Shown here: positions 39,101-47,699 of the stretch, piece by piece
Layout of the letters: every line of letters begins with the position of its first letter
Position numbering within the stretch: position 1 is the stretch's first letter
Origin: a virus
Lineage: Duplodnaviria > Caudoviricetes
IMG/VR virus record: IMGVR_UViG_3300049472_000073
Span: 1-64,000 of that record
DNA length: 64,000 bases
Reading direction: 5' to 3' (one strand)
Position numbers and translations under genes: made by a program
The notes under the pieces: model-generated
What the model was told of the DNA's origin: nothing
What the model saw: only the letters and a program-made list of their open reading frames with translations
Databases searched by the model: none

Positions 39101-39475
39101 TTATCGCTGTGCTTGGCTAACTCCATATACGATAGCTGTGGTAAGTGCTGCTCCTAGAGCAAAAAAGAAAGTATTCTTCCAGAACTGTAGCTCTTGTTTC
39201 TCAGAGTTAATCTTAGCTAAGTTGTGTGCCTGGTCTCTCCAAAGAGTAACCTGGTCTAAATAGATCTTTTCATTAGCTACATATAAAGTATTTTGCTGGG
39301 TAATCAAATCTATCTTTTGTTTAGCAAAGTCTAGCTCAATCATTTTCTCTTTTAGAGCTTGTTCTTCTTCAATAGTGAATAGATAACCTTTGTAGGGAGC
39401 TGGCTGGTCCTTATTAATAACGGTAGCAGAAAACGCATTAACAGATATTAAAAAGGCTAGGAACAGTTTTTGCAT
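39101..39475 (-). CDS. secreted/membrane coiled-coil protein (spanin-like candidate)
   Basis: Signal peptide ending AFS-A, PAPYKGYL, coiled coil, C-terminal TM. Confidence 0.5.
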   Translation of the reverse strand: MQKLFLAFLISVNAFSATVINKDQPAPYKGYLFTIEEEQALKEKMIELDFAKQKIDLITQQNTLYVANEKIYLDQVTLWRDQAHNLAKINSEKQELQFWKNTFFFALGAALTTAIVYGVSQAQR

Positions 39476-39483
39476 ACATCCCT

Positions 39484-39513
39484 AGTATAACCTAAGAATG
39501 GCTAACCTGTCAA
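39484..39513 (-). promoter_or_regulatory. sigma70-type promoter
   Basis: TTGACA-18 nt-TATACT on minus strand. Confidence 0.55.
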
Positions 39514-39515
39514 TA

Positions 39516-39911
39516 TTATTTAGAAACTATAAACTTGAGGTAGTTCCAAAGCCTAGGGAGTAAGGATTTGTACTTGAGCTTAAATACATTATAAGCCAGG
39601 GATTTAGATCTCTGTAAAGGTCTGCCACTGTGATCAAGTAGATCATCAGCACGTTTGTACCCAATGTGTAGCAAAGAGTCACTGAACTCCTTTGGCTCTA
39701 CTACTAGGCATCTATTAAAGTTTATGTAGCCTACAGAGCCGATTACGTAGATATACGGTACTACGCTGGTCTCGTCATGCTTTATGGCTATCTTCTCAAT
39801 ACGGTCTATTTTAGACAGTAATGGAGTTAGTTTAGAAGTATCTAGGTATACCTTGCGTAGGTGCTGTTTTACTTGCTTAAAAGGTGACAGATACATGTCT
39901 AGCTCATTCAT
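39516..39911 (-). CDS. hypothetical protein
   Basis: 131 aa, ATGA-coupled. Confidence 0.65.
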   Translation of the reverse strand: MNELDMYLSPFKQVKQHLRKVYLDTSKLTPLLSKIDRIEKIAIKHDETSVVPYIYVIGSVGYINFNRCLVVEPKEFSDSLLHIGYKRADDLLDHSGRPLQRSKSLAYNVFKLKYKSLLPRLWNYLKFIVSK

Positions 39912-40147
39912 TTAAGTAGCTCCCCTAAGTCATTATCAAAATCTACTAATGCTTTATATTCAGGACTCAACTCAGCTAAGTGATCTACTTCATCTATAGG
40001 GTGTCCCCAACTAATAAAATCTATATCTTCAGCAGTCTTATCCGTTGTTTGTTCCAGTAAATAGTATGCTCCATCACCAATAGAAGTAACTTCCCATTTA
40101 ACACCTTCAAATAGAATCACATTGCCTATTTTGAATTTAGGTCGCAT
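39908..40147 (-). CDS. SH3-like small protein, FDxxLxxLL family
   Basis: PKFKIGN start; ends YKALVDFDNDLGELLK. Confidence 0.75.
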   Translation of the reverse strand: MRPKFKIGNVILFEGVKWEVTSIGDGAYYLLEQTTDKTAEDIDFISWGHPIDEVDHLAELSPEYKALVDFDNDLGELLK

Positions 40148-40461
40148 TACTTATCTCCTAAACGGTCTTTCCAAAAGTCTACTCTCTCCTCTTCAGTATC
40201 ACCTTTAGAAGCGTCTTTAGCTTTCTGTTCGTCTTTATCAAGTTTATCTAATTGCTTATCTAAACCATCAATCTTTTCTTTATTCTCTTCAGTACGTCTT
40301 TGCAAATCACGATCTGTGATATCAGCAGCTATTACGCTATTATTAGCTTCAGCGTCTAATCTCTTAGATCTTTGAAAGATAGCGTAGAAAATGAGTCCTA
40401 CTACTCCTACAATAATACCCCAGTATTTACTAAAGAATGCTTTAATCTTTTCCATTACCAA
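40147..40461 (-). CDS. inner-membrane anchored coiled-coil protein (i-spanin-like candidate)
   Basis: N-terminal TM then coiled coil. Confidence 0.5.
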   Translation of the reverse strand: MVMEKIKAFFSKYWGIIVGVVGLIFYAIFQRSKRLDAEANNSVIAADITDRDLQRRTEENKEKIDGLDKQLDKLDKDEQKAKDASKGDTEEERVDFWKDRLGDK

Positions 40462-41122
40462 AAAATCTCCCCTTCATAATATCTTCATCTGACTTGTCTT
40501 TTAAACGCATGATTAACTCATTGTCGTTAAAGATCTTGTCACCTTTCAAGAGATTATTACAGTTAGATGATTCAGTCAAGGCTAAAACAATAGCCAGTGC
40601 ATCGTATATATCAGTAGGAGTATCTCGTTCCTTTAAAGTAATGTTTGATAAAGTCCTTGTAGGAGCGTCTATACGCTTCACTACGCAGTCTTTAGTAGGA
40701 GTCTTGTAGTCTCGCTTACCCTTAACCATAACAGGCTTAATCTTGAGTATAGCTCTCCAGGAAGGAGGTGGGATCTCTTCAAAATGTATGTCCTTACCTA
40801 CCTCATCTATACACATCTGTAGTATAGCATTGATAGTAGGGATAACGGCTGTACCACCTGTTAGCATCTTAGGGTTCATAAAGAACTGTTCTGTATAAAT
40901 ACCGTCAATTTTAAACTCTTTAATCAAGAATAGAAAGCTAGTCTTCATATAATTTAGACGCTTGCCTAGTGACCACTTATCATGGGTCCACAGCATCCCT
41001 GACTTTAAAATAGTCATAGAAGACTGACTAGGGTCTATCTCACAAATGACAAAGGCTAAGTGGCTAGCCGAAGGATCGACTACCAATAGCCTCTGTTTAC
41101 TTTCTATTGCTTTAATAGACAT
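40442..41122 (-). CDS. RuvC-like Holliday junction resolvase
   Basis: LVVDPS, IYTEQFF, IPPPSWR, DIYDALAI acidic motifs. Confidence 0.75.
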   Translation of the reverse strand: MSIKAIESKQRLLVVDPSASHLAFVICEIDPSQSSMTILKSGMLWTHDKWSLGKRLNYMKTSFLFLIKEFKIDGIYTEQFFMNPKMLTGGTAVIPTINAILQMCIDEVGKDIHFEEIPPPSWRAILKIKPVMVKGKRDYKTPTKDCVVKRIDAPTRTLSNITLKERDTPTDIYDALAIVLALTESSNCNNLLKGDKIFNDNELIMRLKDKSDEDIMKGRFFGNGKD

Positions 41123-41916
41123 TACTTCACGTTATGAAGAGTTTCTACCGTTTTATACATCTTCTCTTCAGATGGCTCAAGTTTACGCTCTTCTTTTTTA
41201 TAAGAAAGAGAAACTGCTTTATCAGCAAAACCAGTAGCCAAAGCTTCATCACTCATTAACCACATCTCAATAGAGCTACGAGCTTTAAATTCTTCATAGT
41301 TCATTTTAGCACGTTTAGCAATTACTACGTTGTGCTTCTCTACATAACGCTGAATGATAGTAAGACTACTTACTATCTTATCAAGTTCTCCACCTCCACC
41401 ACCACCGATACTAGCAGGGTGACTCATAAGAATAGCATGGTCAGTAACCCAACGCTGTGTACCGTATTGATGAATAATAAATGCCATACTAGCGCAGAGA
41501 TTTAAACAGATAGTGATTACAGGAGACTTTACAGACTTCATAGCAGTAATGAACTCAGTGCCACCCATTACGCTACCACCTGGGCTATCAATAGCAACAT
41601 AGATAGGAGCATCAGAATCTTCAGCCATAGCTTGTAATTGACTAATCTGAGCAGACATATCAGCAATAGGAGTATTAACCAGGATAATTCTATCTGCATC
41701 TAAACGCTCATCATGAAGCTTAACTTCTGTGATCTTATAAGCCTTAAATACTTTTGTTTCTGGTTGAGCTGGTTGTTCTACTGTAGCATGTTTTACAGGA
41801 TTAGAAACAACTGCCTTAGAGTTAAAAGCTTTAACAGTAATAACAGTTCCACCAATAACAGCAGAGGTAATTGTTAGGTATTTAAGTGCGGTAAAGATTG
41901 CGAGTTTATTAAGCAT
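41122..41916 (-). CDS. ClpP-like serine protease with N-terminal membrane anchor
   Basis: IDSPGGSV, CASMA (Ser), LMSHP (His), EALATGFAD. Confidence 0.85.
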   Translation of the reverse strand: MLNKLAIFTALKYLTITSAVIGGTVITVKAFNSKAVVSNPVKHATVEQPAQPETKVFKAYKITEVKLHDERLDADRIILVNTPIADMSAQISQLQAMAEDSDAPIYVAIDSPGGSVMGGTEFITAMKSVKSPVITICLNLCASMAFIIHQYGTQRWVTDHAILMSHPASIGGGGGGELDKIVSSLTIIQRYVEKHNVVIAKRAKMNYEEFKARSSIEMWLMSDEALATGFADKAVSLSYKKEERKLEPSEEKMYKTVETLHNVK

Positions 41917-41924
41917 ATCCTACC

Positions 41925-41953
41925 ATTATAACTATATGGTATGATTATTGCAA
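41925..41953 (-). promoter_or_regulatory. sigma70-type promoter
   Basis: TTGCAA-17 nt-TATAAT on minus strand upstream of ClpP-like gene. Confidence 0.65.
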
Positions 41954-41954
41954 G

Positions 41955-42245
41955 CTATTTTATTCGTTTCCTATGGGTATTATCCTTAGAGCAAACCCTT
42001 ACAGTACCCATTTTACCTAGCTCAATATCAGTAGTATTGGCTCCACACTTGTCACATTTTATGACATCTTTTGGTGTCACAGTGGCAATTTCTTCTACTT
42101 CGGTAGTAGCCTCTATGTCTTCGTATTTCTTTAGATTTTTCTGTTTTCTAGCAACTTGTTTTTTCAATTCCTTAACAAGCTTTTGAAGCTGTCTATTTTC
42201 GCCACGTAAGTCTTCTAGGTCTTTCGACCGACGATCTCTTGCCAT
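41955..42245 (-). CDS. coiled-coil plus zinc-ribbon protein
   Basis: Coiled coil then CDKC...VC..H. Confidence 0.65.
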   Translation of the reverse strand: MARDRRSKDLEDLRGENRQLQKLVKELKKQVARKQKNLKKYEDIEATTEVEEIATVTPKDVIKCDKCGANTTDIELGKMGTVRVCSKDNTHRKRIK

Positions 42246-42268
42246 TCAACATGATCTCCGCTCTACTT

Positions 42269-42278
42269 ATATTTGTTT
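42269..42278 (-). promoter_or_regulatory. one-mismatch late-motif variant AAACAAATAT
   Basis: Intergenic, upstream of 42245 on minus strand. Confidence 0.3.
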
Positions 42279-42282
42279 ATTT

Positions 42283-42963
42283 TTAAAGTTTGTTTGGTTG
42301 ATCTCTAAACTCTTGATATACTTCAGTAATAGAATACCTAACAGCCTCTTTGAAGAACAATAGATCATCATTACGTATCATGAAATCAGCCTCTATTGAG
42401 TCTATAGCGTCCTCAGATGCGTGATTATCCTTTGGTAGGTAAGCTGGCATAGGACGAACTAATTTCATCAACAAGCCACCTTTATTACGTATAAAGTCTA
42501 CTTCTTGTGGAAATCTAGTATCATCAAAGATAAATCTATTATTGTAGTGACGTTCTACGTCCATAGTCATTTCCATGACATGTATCCAGTAGTCCTGTGA
42601 GACACAGTTACGAAATAGATCTGTTCCAACAAATTGCATTAAGGTACGCGGAGTAACTCTTTGAGGAAAACTCTCAAGTGCTAGGATCATATTAACTTCT
42701 AGCTGACTAGATACAGGAATAAGATTATGATATGCATAATCAGTGAGCTTCTTAATAAAATCAATACTAGGCTCTACAGGTAAGTCAATAGACTCTTTTA
42801 GTACTGGGTCTACAAAATAGTGCATAGGTAATCCAAAGCACTCACTAAGCATTTCTTTAAGTGGCTTAGCAAAACTTAGGATTTTATATCCAAATTCTTC
42901 TTTTGCTATCTTAGCCGCAGTACTCTTACCACTACCCTTTTTACCAATTAATCCAATAATCAT
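42283..42963 (-). CDS. deoxynucleoside monophosphate kinase
   Basis: IIGLIGKKGSGKST, SFAKPLK, PRTLMQFVGTD, DDTRFPQE, HASE. Confidence 0.9.
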   Translation of the reverse strand: MIIGLIGKKGSGKSTAAKIAKEEFGYKILSFAKPLKEMLSECFGLPMHYFVDPVLKESIDLPVEPSIDFIKKLTDYAYHNLIPVSSQLEVNMILALESFPQRVTPRTLMQFVGTDLFRNCVSQDYWIHVMEMTMDVERHYNNRFIFDDTRFPQEVDFIRNKGGLLMKLVRPMPAYLPKDNHASEDAIDSIEADFMIRNDDLLFFKEAVRYSITEVYQEFRDQPNKL

Positions 42964-43262
42964 GATAACAACTCCTTTAACTGCTTATCAAACTGTTTAA
43001 CGGCTATTACAGAAGGATCTATACGAGCCACATATTCTTTATTAACTATAAAGGTATGTACAGCTACAGCGTATATATCACCATCTGCGTCCACACCTCT
43101 AGCTACTACTGTCTTCTTTTCTAAGTCAACATCATTAGGAAACCAATACGTTGTTAGCATCTTTATATGTAAGTCGTTAGCAGTAACCTTCTCTACTACC
43201 CCTGTATACTCTTCATTTACAGTAAACACTAAGTCACCTTTTTTAAACTTAGGCTTTTTCAT
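42960..43262 (-). CDS. SH3-like small protein, FDxxLxxLL family
   Basis: PKFKKGDLV start; ends AVKQFDKQLKELLS. Confidence 0.78.
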   Translation of the reverse strand: MKKPKFKKGDLVFTVNEEYTGVVEKVTANDLHIKMLTTYWFPNDVDLEKKTVVARGVDADGDIYAVAVHTFIVNKEYVARIDPSVIAVKQFDKQLKELLS

Positions 43263-43510
43263 TTCAGTAGTTCCTCTAGATCCTTGTCAAAATCCTTTAC
43301 TGCCTGATAACTAGGTACGTAAATATCGTCGAGTATAGTTCTGTCTGTTAGTTCTAGTTCTTCTGGTAGCTCATAAAATCCTTCTGAATTTAGAACCTCT
43401 ATAACGTCCACAATCCATACTATATTACCGTAATAATCTTCTCCAGATGTTCGTAATACATAAACAATGTCCTCGTCTCTGTATACATCTCCAGCTTTAA
43501 GTTTTCTCAT
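43259..43510 (-). CDS. small protein, FDxxLxxLL family
   Basis: KLKAGDVY start; ends AVKDFDKDLEELLK. Confidence 0.78.
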   Translation of the reverse strand: MRKLKAGDVYRDEDIVYVLRTSGEDYYGNIVWIVDVIEVLNSEGFYELPEELELTDRTILDDIYVPSYQAVKDFDKDLEELLK

Positions 43511-43805
43511 CTAATAGATCCCTTAGTTCTTTATCAAAATTACTGCCAGCCTTTAGCATAGCCGTAGCTTCTGCTACTATATCCTTGTGCTTCTGTCTAA
43601 TATAAGCAATGAAGGTATCTCTGCATTGATCACACCACTCTAAGTTAGGGTCCATAGTAGAATCACGTAGAATAAACACTGTCATTCTGTCGTGTAATTC
43701 GCTAAACTTAGCGTTGCTGGTAGGTAATTGATGTACATCAGGAGACGTAACATTCACATCTTCTGAGTAACCACAGAAGTCACAAGTACATTTTAATATT
43801 CTCAT
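43497..43805 (-). CDS. Cys-rich small protein, FDxxLxxLL family
   Basis: CTCDFC...CDQC; ends AGSNFDKELRDLLDEKT. Confidence 0.75.
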   Translation of the reverse strand: MRILKCTCDFCGYSEDVNVTSPDVHQLPTSNAKFSELHDRMTVFILRDSTMDPNLEWCDQCRDTFIAYIRQKHKDIVAEATAMLKAGSNFDKELRDLLDEKT

Positions 43806-44068
43806 TTTTCCCCCAGTAGATCTTCTAGGTCTTCATCAAACTTACGTGCCGCAGTCTCTGAGTACATAGATACAGTACACTCTTCTATAAAAGTGATAGG
43901 CTTAGTAGCCGACATACCATTTTTATTATCGTATGTGTATGAGGCGTTATCTCCGTTTATTGCTGTGATATAGAATATTGCGCCAGGTGCTAGAAAGCCC
44001 AGCCCCTCAAAACTACCCTTATCACTTCTAGAAGTAACTACTCTTCTAAATTCCCCAACTTTAAGCAT
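43802..44068 (-). CDS. small protein, FDxxLxxLL family
   Basis: LKVGE start; ends AARKFDEDLEDLLGEK. Confidence 0.78.
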   Translation of the reverse strand: MLKVGEFRRVVTSRSDKGSFEGLGFLAPGAIFYITAINGDNASYTYDNKNGMSATKPITFIEECTVSMYSETAARKFDEDLEDLLGEK

Positions 44069-44069
44069 A

Positions 44070-44465
44070 CTACTCCTTTTTTAGGTCTAATAAGGCTTGG
44101 TGTAACTTACAGTATCCTAAATCATTGTAGGCTTTATTGTCAAGGTTAGCATATATGATGTAGGCTTTATCTAGAATCTTATTCCAGTCAGCACCTATGA
44201 ACTCACAAGCAATCTCTTCTACAGCATCTAGATTTAGATGATCTGTGGCACTACTCAATCGAAGGTAACAGAAGTAAGCATGAGACACTTCATGTACTAT
44301 GGTAGTGATATCAATCTGAGACTTTCTAAAATCAATATGCTTAGCTGTGAGATCTGTAATAGCCCCACAGTCACCATGTAACTCATCAAACTTACTATCC
44401 CTTAGACAAGAGTATGTCCAGGTATCTTCGTTAATCTTTAGCTTATATTTCTTAGCTCTAGACAT
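44070..44465 (-). CDS. HExxH zinc-metallopeptidase-like protein
   Basis: TTIVHEVSHA plus downstream EEIA glutamate. Confidence 0.6.
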   Translation of the reverse strand: MSRAKKYKLKINEDTWTYSCLRDSKFDELHGDCGAITDLTAKHIDFRKSQIDITTIVHEVSHAYFCYLRLSSATDHLNLDAVEEIACEFIGADWNKILDKAYIIYANLDNKAYNDLGYCKLHQALLDLKKE

Positions 44466-44481
44466 ATCCCCTCCCTATCTA

Positions 44482-45762
44482 TTAGAAATTATTCCACGGC
44501 TGAATGATCTTGTCAAGAGAAGCATTTTTATCTTCATCTACTCCGACCCTAATAAAACGTGTATCTCCTACTGGATACCCTTCTACTGATTCAAACAGTA
44601 ACTGTCCACAAGGACTCTCTAAGATACCGATAGATACCGCAAACTCATCAGGGGGTATCAAAGCTCCGTTAGTAATCATATATACTCCATTAGATAGTAG
44701 GGTCTGTGAGAACACATGTACGTGTCCTACTACTGCTACGGAGTACTCTTCTGTATCCTTTAGTCCAGCGTTAATCTTATTAAGCTGTGTCTCAAGGCTA
44801 CCAATCTTAATATCTTTACCAGGGTATCCTGGGTTTAATACAGAGTCACCGTGGGTATATAGGATCTTCTTTCCAAATACTTCAAAGTGATCATAAGGCT
44901 TCTTTGTAATATGAATCTTTACGTTCTTTTGATTAGCTAATGCTTGTTTAAGAGCGTAGTAAATAATAGTCTCGTAGCTATCCCATTTCTGGTTAGTAGC
45001 GCGTCCATAATGACGTTCCTTACGTCTACCGTGGTTGCCCGATTCGCAGTATACATCTACTGAAGGAAACTCACTAGCGAGCCTCATAAGAGCTTGAGAG
45101 AGTAAGTGAATAGCACGACACACCTGCTCAGCCATTGGAGCACCATCTCTAGGGTCATGTAAAGTACCGTTAGTTAAATCTCCTATTAATAACACGTTCA
45201 AAGCTGTTTCAGCTCTATGTTCTTTTTTATATTCAATAGTCTCTTGTACTACTTTAGCTAACCGTCTAGATTCTTCTTTGACTCCATAGTTAGCTACACC
45301 AGTTTCTTCTGCCTTAACATCAGATCCAAAGTGAGTATCAGAGATTACTAGGTTAAAGAAGCGTTTGATAGCCTTTTTCTTTTTAGGATACTTAACTGGA
45401 GCCATTCGTCCTTTAAACACTGACTCAGAGAATTTCTCTACATAATCCATTACGTTCTCACGTACCAGGATATTATTATTTACTCCAGCTACTTTCTTAG
45501 CCTCTAGCCCCAAACGATACTCAGTAATGTCAGAGCTGTTAATACGAACTGGTACAGCAAGGTTCTGGATATCTGGGTGGTTCTCTAAAGCAAATGCTTG
45601 GAATTTAGAGAAGGACTCAGCAATTCTATGAATTTTATCGGTACTAGCTAAAAACTTAGCAGTTTCTCGTTTATTAGGTAGTTTTCCTAATTTTCTTGCT
45701 AAGTTAGCGTATTCTTTTGCAAGTTCAGTTAAAGTATCAGCTTTAGTTTTTTGTATGTTCAT
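44482..45762 (-). CDS. calcineurin-like metallophosphoesterase
   Basis: ISDTHFG, GDLTNG, GNHG, THGD, GHVH; likely start at 45762 with GGGAG SD. Confidence 0.85.
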   Translation of the reverse strand: MNIQKTKADTLTELAKEYANLARKLGKLPNKRETAKFLASTDKIHRIAESFSKFQAFALENHPDIQNLAVPVRINSSDITEYRLGLEAKKVAGVNNNILVRENVMDYVEKFSESVFKGRMAPVKYPKKKKAIKRFFNLVISDTHFGSDVKAEETGVANYGVKEESRRLAKVVQETIEYKKEHRAETALNVLLIGDLTNGTLHDPRDGAPMAEQVCRAIHLLSQALMRLASEFPSVDVYCESGNHGRRKERHYGRATNQKWDSYETIIYYALKQALANQKNVKIHITKKPYDHFEVFGKKILYTHGDSVLNPGYPGKDIKIGSLETQLNKINAGLKDTEEYSVAVVGHVHVFSQTLLSNGVYMITNGALIPPDEFAVSIGILESPCGQLLFESVEGYPVGDTRFIRVGVDEDKNASLDKIIQPWNNF

Positions 45763-45763
45763 A

Positions 45764-46465
45764 CTATCTCCCATTATATCCGTATCCAAGACTTTTTAAA
45801 AGCTTATTCGTATGAATAGCTGTTGATTGAGATGTTCCATTTAAACAGATGTCTTTGTAACACTGTCCTCTACCGTTTTCACTATACTTAGCTGGGCCAC
45901 CTTTATTAGCGGCCTGTAAACCATTATCAGTAACTACTCTAAATCCTTCGTATTTCTGTAAACTTCTATAACAAGCAGGGTATGATTCGCATCGCTTAGA
46001 CAAGTCCATAGACTCATTACCAGCAGCTACTACTATATAAGCACCTCTACCTAAAGCTAATCTAAGAGAAGTCTCTTCACTACTTAAAGGAGCTACCCCA
46101 TTACCACTAAAGTTTAAAAGTAAGTAATCTGATTCTGACAGTCTACTAAGAATCTTCGGTACAACCTCTATACGTTCTTGTTCTGTATCATTTTTATTAA
46201 AATACTTAACTACTTTGATACAAACTCTTTTAGGATTAATGTCTTTTAGTATAAGACCTGCTACGTTAGTGCCATGTCCATGCCTATCTTGTAGTCCTTT
46301 ACCTGTTAGATCAGAGTGTCCGTATTCACACATGAATGGCTTGAAATAAGGATCTCTTAGATCAATCCCTGTGTCAAGCACCAATACTGAAAATCTATGT
46401 TCTTTGGCTTGTGACGCGCAAGAACCTAGAAGTAACAAGGGTAGTAGCTTATTTAGAAGACTCAT
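45764..46465 (-). CDS. subtilisin-like (S8) serine protease, predicted lipoprotein
   Basis: LDTGID, HGHGTNVAG, AAGN, NGTSQST; lipobox LGSC after start at 46465. Confidence 0.85.
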   Translation of the reverse strand: MSLLNKLLPLLLLGSCASQAKEHRFSVLVLDTGIDLRDPYFKPFMCEYGHSDLTGKGLQDRHGHGTNVAGLILKDINPKRVCIKVVKYFNKNDTEQERIEVVPKILSRLSESDYLLLNFSGNGVAPLSSEETSLRLALGRGAYIVVAAGNESMDLSKRCESYPACYRSLQKYEGFRVVTDNGLQAANKGGPAKYSENGRGQCYKDICLNGTSQSTAIHTNKLLKSLGYGYNGR

Positions 46466-46781
46466 TTGTAACCTCTTCAGGACATGCAATTTCTCTATAA
46501 CTAGTTTCTATTTTACGTATCTCCATAAATTTTTCACGGGAGTAAGGATTATACTCCATATTATAAAGATCGAAATTTTTTATCTCAGCAAATCCTTTTT
46601 TTATCCTAAGCACCTTATATCCATCTACTGAAGTGTATTTCTCAGTAATGCACATTCCTTCTCTTACTTCTGTACTTTCCATTTTAGCTTGTAGTACACA
46701 AGATGCTGGTAAAATACTTAAGGTAGCTGCCATTAATAGCAGTATCCCTAGGAATTTTAACCCTTCAATTAAAGTTTTCAT
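46449..46781 (-). CDS. membrane-anchored hypothetical protein
   Basis: N-terminal hydrophobic helix. Confidence 0.6.
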   Translation of the reverse strand: MKTLIEGLKFLGILLLMAATLSILPASCVLQAKMESTEVREGMCITEKYTSVDGYKVLRIKKGFAEIKNFDLYNMEYNPYSREKFMEIRKIETSYREIACPEEVTNESSK

Positions 46782-46812
46782 CTTAGACCCTCCTCAGAGT
46801 TTATAGATCTAG

Positions 46813-47469
46813 TTAATCAAACGTAGTTGTAACTGTCAAGCCGTAAAATATATCTTTTTTAAATAGAGGTGTTTGGTAAAACACTTTGTAGCTGTCTAAC
46901 TGTACATAACCTGTATAGTTATTATAGATCGCATTAATTTCATTACGTAGCATTAGGTTCTTGTAATGAACCTCTTGAAAGAATAAGCCTCTATTAAGTT
47001 CTGAGCCTGTTTTAAATCGTGTATCTGGAGCTACTTCAGCTTCTCCGCCAGCTATATTATTAACTTCCGCTACTTCAGCCTCTACGTTCTTAATAGTAGC
47101 ATTCTTTTCTTTAGCCTTGTTGTACATTCGTAGAGCATTGTGAAAAGCAAACTGTTTCCAGAATACGTTTATGTCGTTACTGTGACTAGGTGGTGGCTCT
47201 ACAATAGCAGGACGCTCTACAGGGTCAGGCTTCTTCATACTCATAACATCAGTAGCCTTAGCTACCCCATAACCGAAATAAAACATGGTATTTATAATAA
47301 ATAGTGCCCATAGCAACTGCTTAAAGAATACCCAGTAGCTAAATGGAACTTTAGGTAATGTATGCTCAGGTGGACGTATTTTAGCTTTGTATTTAAAGCC
47401 AGTGATCTGATAGCTCCAGGTTCTAAGTATACGCTTAGGTTCTGGAATTACTTTGGTTATAATAGGCAT
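46813..47469 (-). CDS. membrane protein of unknown function
   Basis: One TM at about aa 45-70. Confidence 0.6.
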   Translation of the reverse strand: MPIITKVIPEPKRILRTWSYQITGFKYKAKIRPPEHTLPKVPFSYWVFFKQLLWALFIINTMFYFGYGVAKATDVMSMKKPDPVERPAIVEPPPSHSNDINVFWKQFAFHNALRMYNKAKEKNATIKNVEAEVAEVNNIAGGEAEVAPDTRFKTGSELNRGLFFQEVHYKNLMLRNEINAIYNNYTGYVQLDSYKVFYQTPLFKKDIFYGLTVTTTFD

Positions 47470-47699
47470 TATTCCTCCAATAGGTTATTTAGATCTTGAT
47501 CGAATTGCTTAGTAGCTCTGTAAGCCGAGTCTAGCTGATCATCATCACAACTACTATGATTCCAGAACCATTCTTTTCCGTCATGTAGAGTTTTAACTAT
47601 ATAACAGTCATTATCAACACGTAGTATTTCATAGGTCAGAGAAAGACTATCATCATTACCAGGATCTCTTACTACATCCCCTACTTTAAACTTAGGCAT
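47469..47699 (-). CDS. SH3-like small protein, FDxxLxxLL family
   Basis: PKFKVGDVV start; ends ATKQFDQDLNNLLEE. Confidence 0.78.
   Translation of the reverse strand: MPKFKVGDVVRDPGNDDSLSLTYEILRVDNDCYIVKTLHDGKEWFWNHSSCDDDQLDSAYRATKQFDQDLNNLLEE

Noticed and set aside
39101-39160. Host assignment (e.g. Bdellovibrionota) from signal-peptide style
   Set aside because: Too subjective; the lipoprotein and sigma70 signals do not identify a host lineage.
39516-39911. LytTR-like DNA-binding domain
   Set aside because: Only a faint resemblance (GYINFNR); the F-x-R-x-H-R-S motif is absent.
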